A DNA stretch of 64,000 bases from Mobula hypostoma (taxonomy: Eukaryota), in assembly GCF_963921235.1 (NCBI RefSeq), contig NC_086097.1, positions 72,480,001-72,544,000 on the forward strand. The letters run 5' to 3'. Made by a program: the position numbers and the translations under genes. This document shows positions 62,898 through 64,000 of the stretch, piece by piece. The first letter of the stretch is position 1, and each line of letters begins with the position of its first letter. A model generated the notes under the pieces. The model did not search any database and had not been told where the DNA came from. It saw only the letters and a program-made list of their open reading frames with translations.

Positions 62898-63952
62898 TGT
62901 TCATTCTCTTACTTTGCATTTTGTTTTATATACGTCTGCCTGACAAGAATAAACATGGATGTTGATAACAACAGACTTTATTAATAGCTTTCACATCTTG
63001 ACTGAATTTCAGATAGTTTATTACAGATTTCAGAGTAACGACAAGTGCACAATTTATAAATACGCATCTTATGGTTGATCATAATTCACGTTACAAGTGA
63101 GTTTTTGATAACCTTATGGAAAAACTGTCCTTGCATCCAAATATTTGTAAAAGTCTATTCAAAAGCTTTTAATACAAATTAATTAATTTAGGTTTAATTA
63201 TTATGCATTTATACATGCTATCAAAAACTCTTAGATTGAATGAGATGATCTCTTCCCTCTAGAGATATGAAAAATTCCCTGCTAGCTGGCAGAAATGCAC
63301 AAAGGAGTTTATATTTTCTTTGAATTTGAAGTACCATTGCATTGCCATTATCTTTCACTAATAAGTAATGAGCTTCACATCAGTGTCGGCTCTGTGACTT
63401 CATCCTGATAAATTTTCTTCTGGTTGATAAGGTATGTTCCCAGATATGATCCAAGAGCTTGATTGGATTTCTTGAGTGAATCGCTTATCTTTTCAATGTT
63501 AGATTTTTTTTAATGTTTAGTGTTCTTCTGTTTTTTTTCCTTTTGAATGTAATATTATGCACTGAAGACTTGTGGTATGAGCAATATAAACAAACTCCAG
63601 AACATTTCAAAGGTAATGTAAGTGAGTGTGATTTACAAGAGTAAGTAACCATTTCATGAGACTAGTAATCACAGGATAGATTTTAAACTAGCATTACTGC
63701 AAATTGGAAAATTGCATTTTTCCCCTTTGCACCAGAGACTTTGGCAGTCATGGCACTTGATAACGTACTGAGCAAAGTAAGGAAATTACTTCAGAGGCAA
63801 TTTCTCACAACTCTCCTGTAAGAGCTGTTCAAGGACAGCTAATATAAGATATTCCAAGCTTATTAAATGTAGCTTTGACTTGCTTGATAAAAGAAGAATG
63901 ATAAAATCGTATTTGCAATCAACCATATAACAATAATGTCTACTGACATAGC

Positions 63953-64000
63953 TTAGAAACATAGAACATAGAAAACCTACAGCACAATACAGGCTCTTTG
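63953..64000 (-). mobile_element. CR1 3' tail, cut by the window edge
   Basis: TAGAAACATAGAACATAGAAAACCTACAGCACAATACAGGC matches 28045-28082. Confidence 0.85.

Noticed and set aside
1..64000. Prokaryotic-type systems (CRISPR, operons, retrons, defence islands)
   Set aside because: The sequence is vertebrate-like repeat-rich DNA; all RT, nuclease and transposase motifs belong to eukaryotic transposable elements.

Overview
Eukaryotic, AT-rich, repeat-dense DNA with no recognisable host exon, so probably a large intron or intergenic region. The repeat set (CR1 LINEs with ORF1 esterase, Rex/Babar-type LINEs, V-SINEs, Penelope-like elements with purine-rich pLTRs) suggests a cartilaginous fish, probably a ray; this is an inference. 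Best-resolved elements: a full-length IR/DR-type DD34E Tc1 (16638-18242) inserted at a TA inside a CR1 RT; a 5'-truncated I/Nimb-clade LINE with RNase H (49217-54576) at the centre of a three-level nest; a 542-bp MITE with a 6-bp TSD; a young tRNA/RTE-like SINE; and a decayed tRNA-Leu. The most interesting signal is a graded series of Penelope-like insertions. These range from inverted-pLTR elements carrying minimal hammerhead ribozyme motifs (catalytic core intact in both arms at 26.1-27.0 kb) down to 28-33 nt tail-only insertions with 14-15 bp TSDs. Two unexplained palindromes (62188-62258, 36801-36856) and repeat-poor, homeodomain-motif-rich blocks are also flagged. Boundaries of old repeats are approximate, and all family names come from motif recognition, not database searches.
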